From IMG/VR virus record IMGVR_UViG_3300048625_000156, positions 30,808 to 94,807 of that record: a DNA stretch of 64,000 bases; one strand, 5' to 3'. The stretch is from a virus. This document shows positions 63,383 to 64,000 of this stretch, piece after piece; within the stretch, counting starts at the first letter, position 1; each line of letters starts with the position of its first letter. The notes below the pieces were generated by a model that was not told the DNA's origin, did no database searches, and worked only from the letters and a program-made list of their open reading frames with translations. The position numbers and the translations under genes were made by a program.

Positions 63383-63437
63383 ATGTCGTACCCCCCTGTT
63401 ATAATAGATAGTATCAACCCTAAGAGAAAGAAAGAAA

Positions 63438-63908
63438 ATGGCATTTGACGAAAACGGAAATGTTGTACCTGACCCTATTAGTGCTTCTAGTGTTCTTGGT
63501 GAAGCAGTAAGTGAACACCCTGTACTTACCCCACTGAAAAATCGTATCGCTGAGTTAGAGCGTGAGGTTGAGATTGTCAAGGGTAACTCTGATAACTATC
63601 GCAACCGTTGGAATGAACTCTGTAGCCAACGCTACACGCTTGAGAATGCTCTGCGTACCTTTGTCGAAGATGAAGAGATTGAACTAAGCATTGCTACCCA
63701 GATTGCTGAAATCTTTGACATCACCCTGACCAAGACCATTGACGTTGAACTGACTTTCAAGGTTACCGTTTCGGTTGAGGTTCCTCTCGGTGAAGAGATG
63801 ACTGCTGATGACGTTGCTGACAACGTTAGCATTTCTGTAGACTACTACGGCACAGGGGAGTTGCTTGAAAGCGACAGCGACCTTGATGACTGGAGTGAAC
63901 GTTCATAG
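63438..63908 (+). CDS. Acidic coiled-coil early protein
   Basis: Own promoter; 156 aa. Confidence 0.8.
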   Translation: MAFDENGNVVPDPISASSVLGEAVSEHPVLTPLKNRIAELEREVEIVKGNSDNYRNRWNELCSQRYTLENALRTFVEDEEIELSIATQIAEIFDITLTKTIDVELTFKVTVSVEVPLGEEMTADDVADNVSISVDYYGTGELLESDSDLDDWSERS

Positions 63909-63940
63909 GGGGCTATGAAAACATGCAGTGATATGCATGG

Positions 63941-63968
63941 ACATCCTGAGCATGATGTAAAAAGGCTC
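63941..63968 (+). ncRNA. Mini H-type pseudoknot, copy 4
   Basis: ACATC-C-TGAGC-AT-GATGT-AAAAAG-GCTC. Confidence 0.55.
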
Positions 63969-64000
63969 CTTCTTCATGCCTGGAATTTGCCGACCCCCCC

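Larger units (their letters stand above)
55250..63405 (+). promoter_or_regulatory. Array of 21 TGTCnn-N10-TAnnnT (PafBC/RecA-NDp-type) promoters
   Basis: TGTC starts at 55250, 55476, 55724, 55881, 56133, 56464, 56729, 57047, 57293, 57796, 58226, 58464, 58942, 59141, 59866, 60730, 61138, 61932, 62515, 62963 and 63384; each has TAnnnT starting exactly 16 nt later. Confidence 0.88.
55664..63995. repeat. 11 dispersed intergenic GCCGACC/GGTCGGC cores
   Basis: 55664, 56373, 56957, 57718, 58137, 58885, 59814, 60661, 61880, 62902, 63989; both orientations. Confidence 0.85.

Noticed and set aside
55250-63995. Repeat array as CRISPR array or integron
   Set aside because: The repeats are short degenerate promoter or operator motifs at irregular spacing around ORFs, with no attC structure and no integrase in the window.

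Overview
This window is 64 kb of a large lytic siphovirus genome. An actinobacterial host is inferred from the regulatory motifs, leaderless genes and NrdH/GP88-type genes; the gene set resembles Streptomyces BE/BK-type and freshwater actinophages. The minus strand (1-54.2 kb) carries terminase, recombination and replication genes (RuvC-like, Cas4-like, RecA, NrdH, MazG, DnaE, SSB, primase, DnaB). These are followed by tail, head and portal genes and a fibre cluster with two collagen-like proteins and a TPR glycosyltransferase. A single NlpC/P60 gene lies on the opposite strand within this block. From about 55.2 kb the plus strand becomes a regular array of micro-ORF cassettes. By manual reading, 21 promoters share TGTCnn-N10-TAnnnT, the architecture of the actinobacterial PafBC (RecA-independent DNA-damage) promoter. 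The spacers carry 11 copies of a GCCGACC core flanked by DnaA, LexA, WhiA-like and GlnR/MtrA-like boxes. GATC and AGCT appear in this region only next to those cores. Four copies of a covarying mini-pseudoknot and other structured RNAs also occur. No tRNA, rRNA, CRISPR array or integrase was seen. All counts were made by eye and need computational confirmation.
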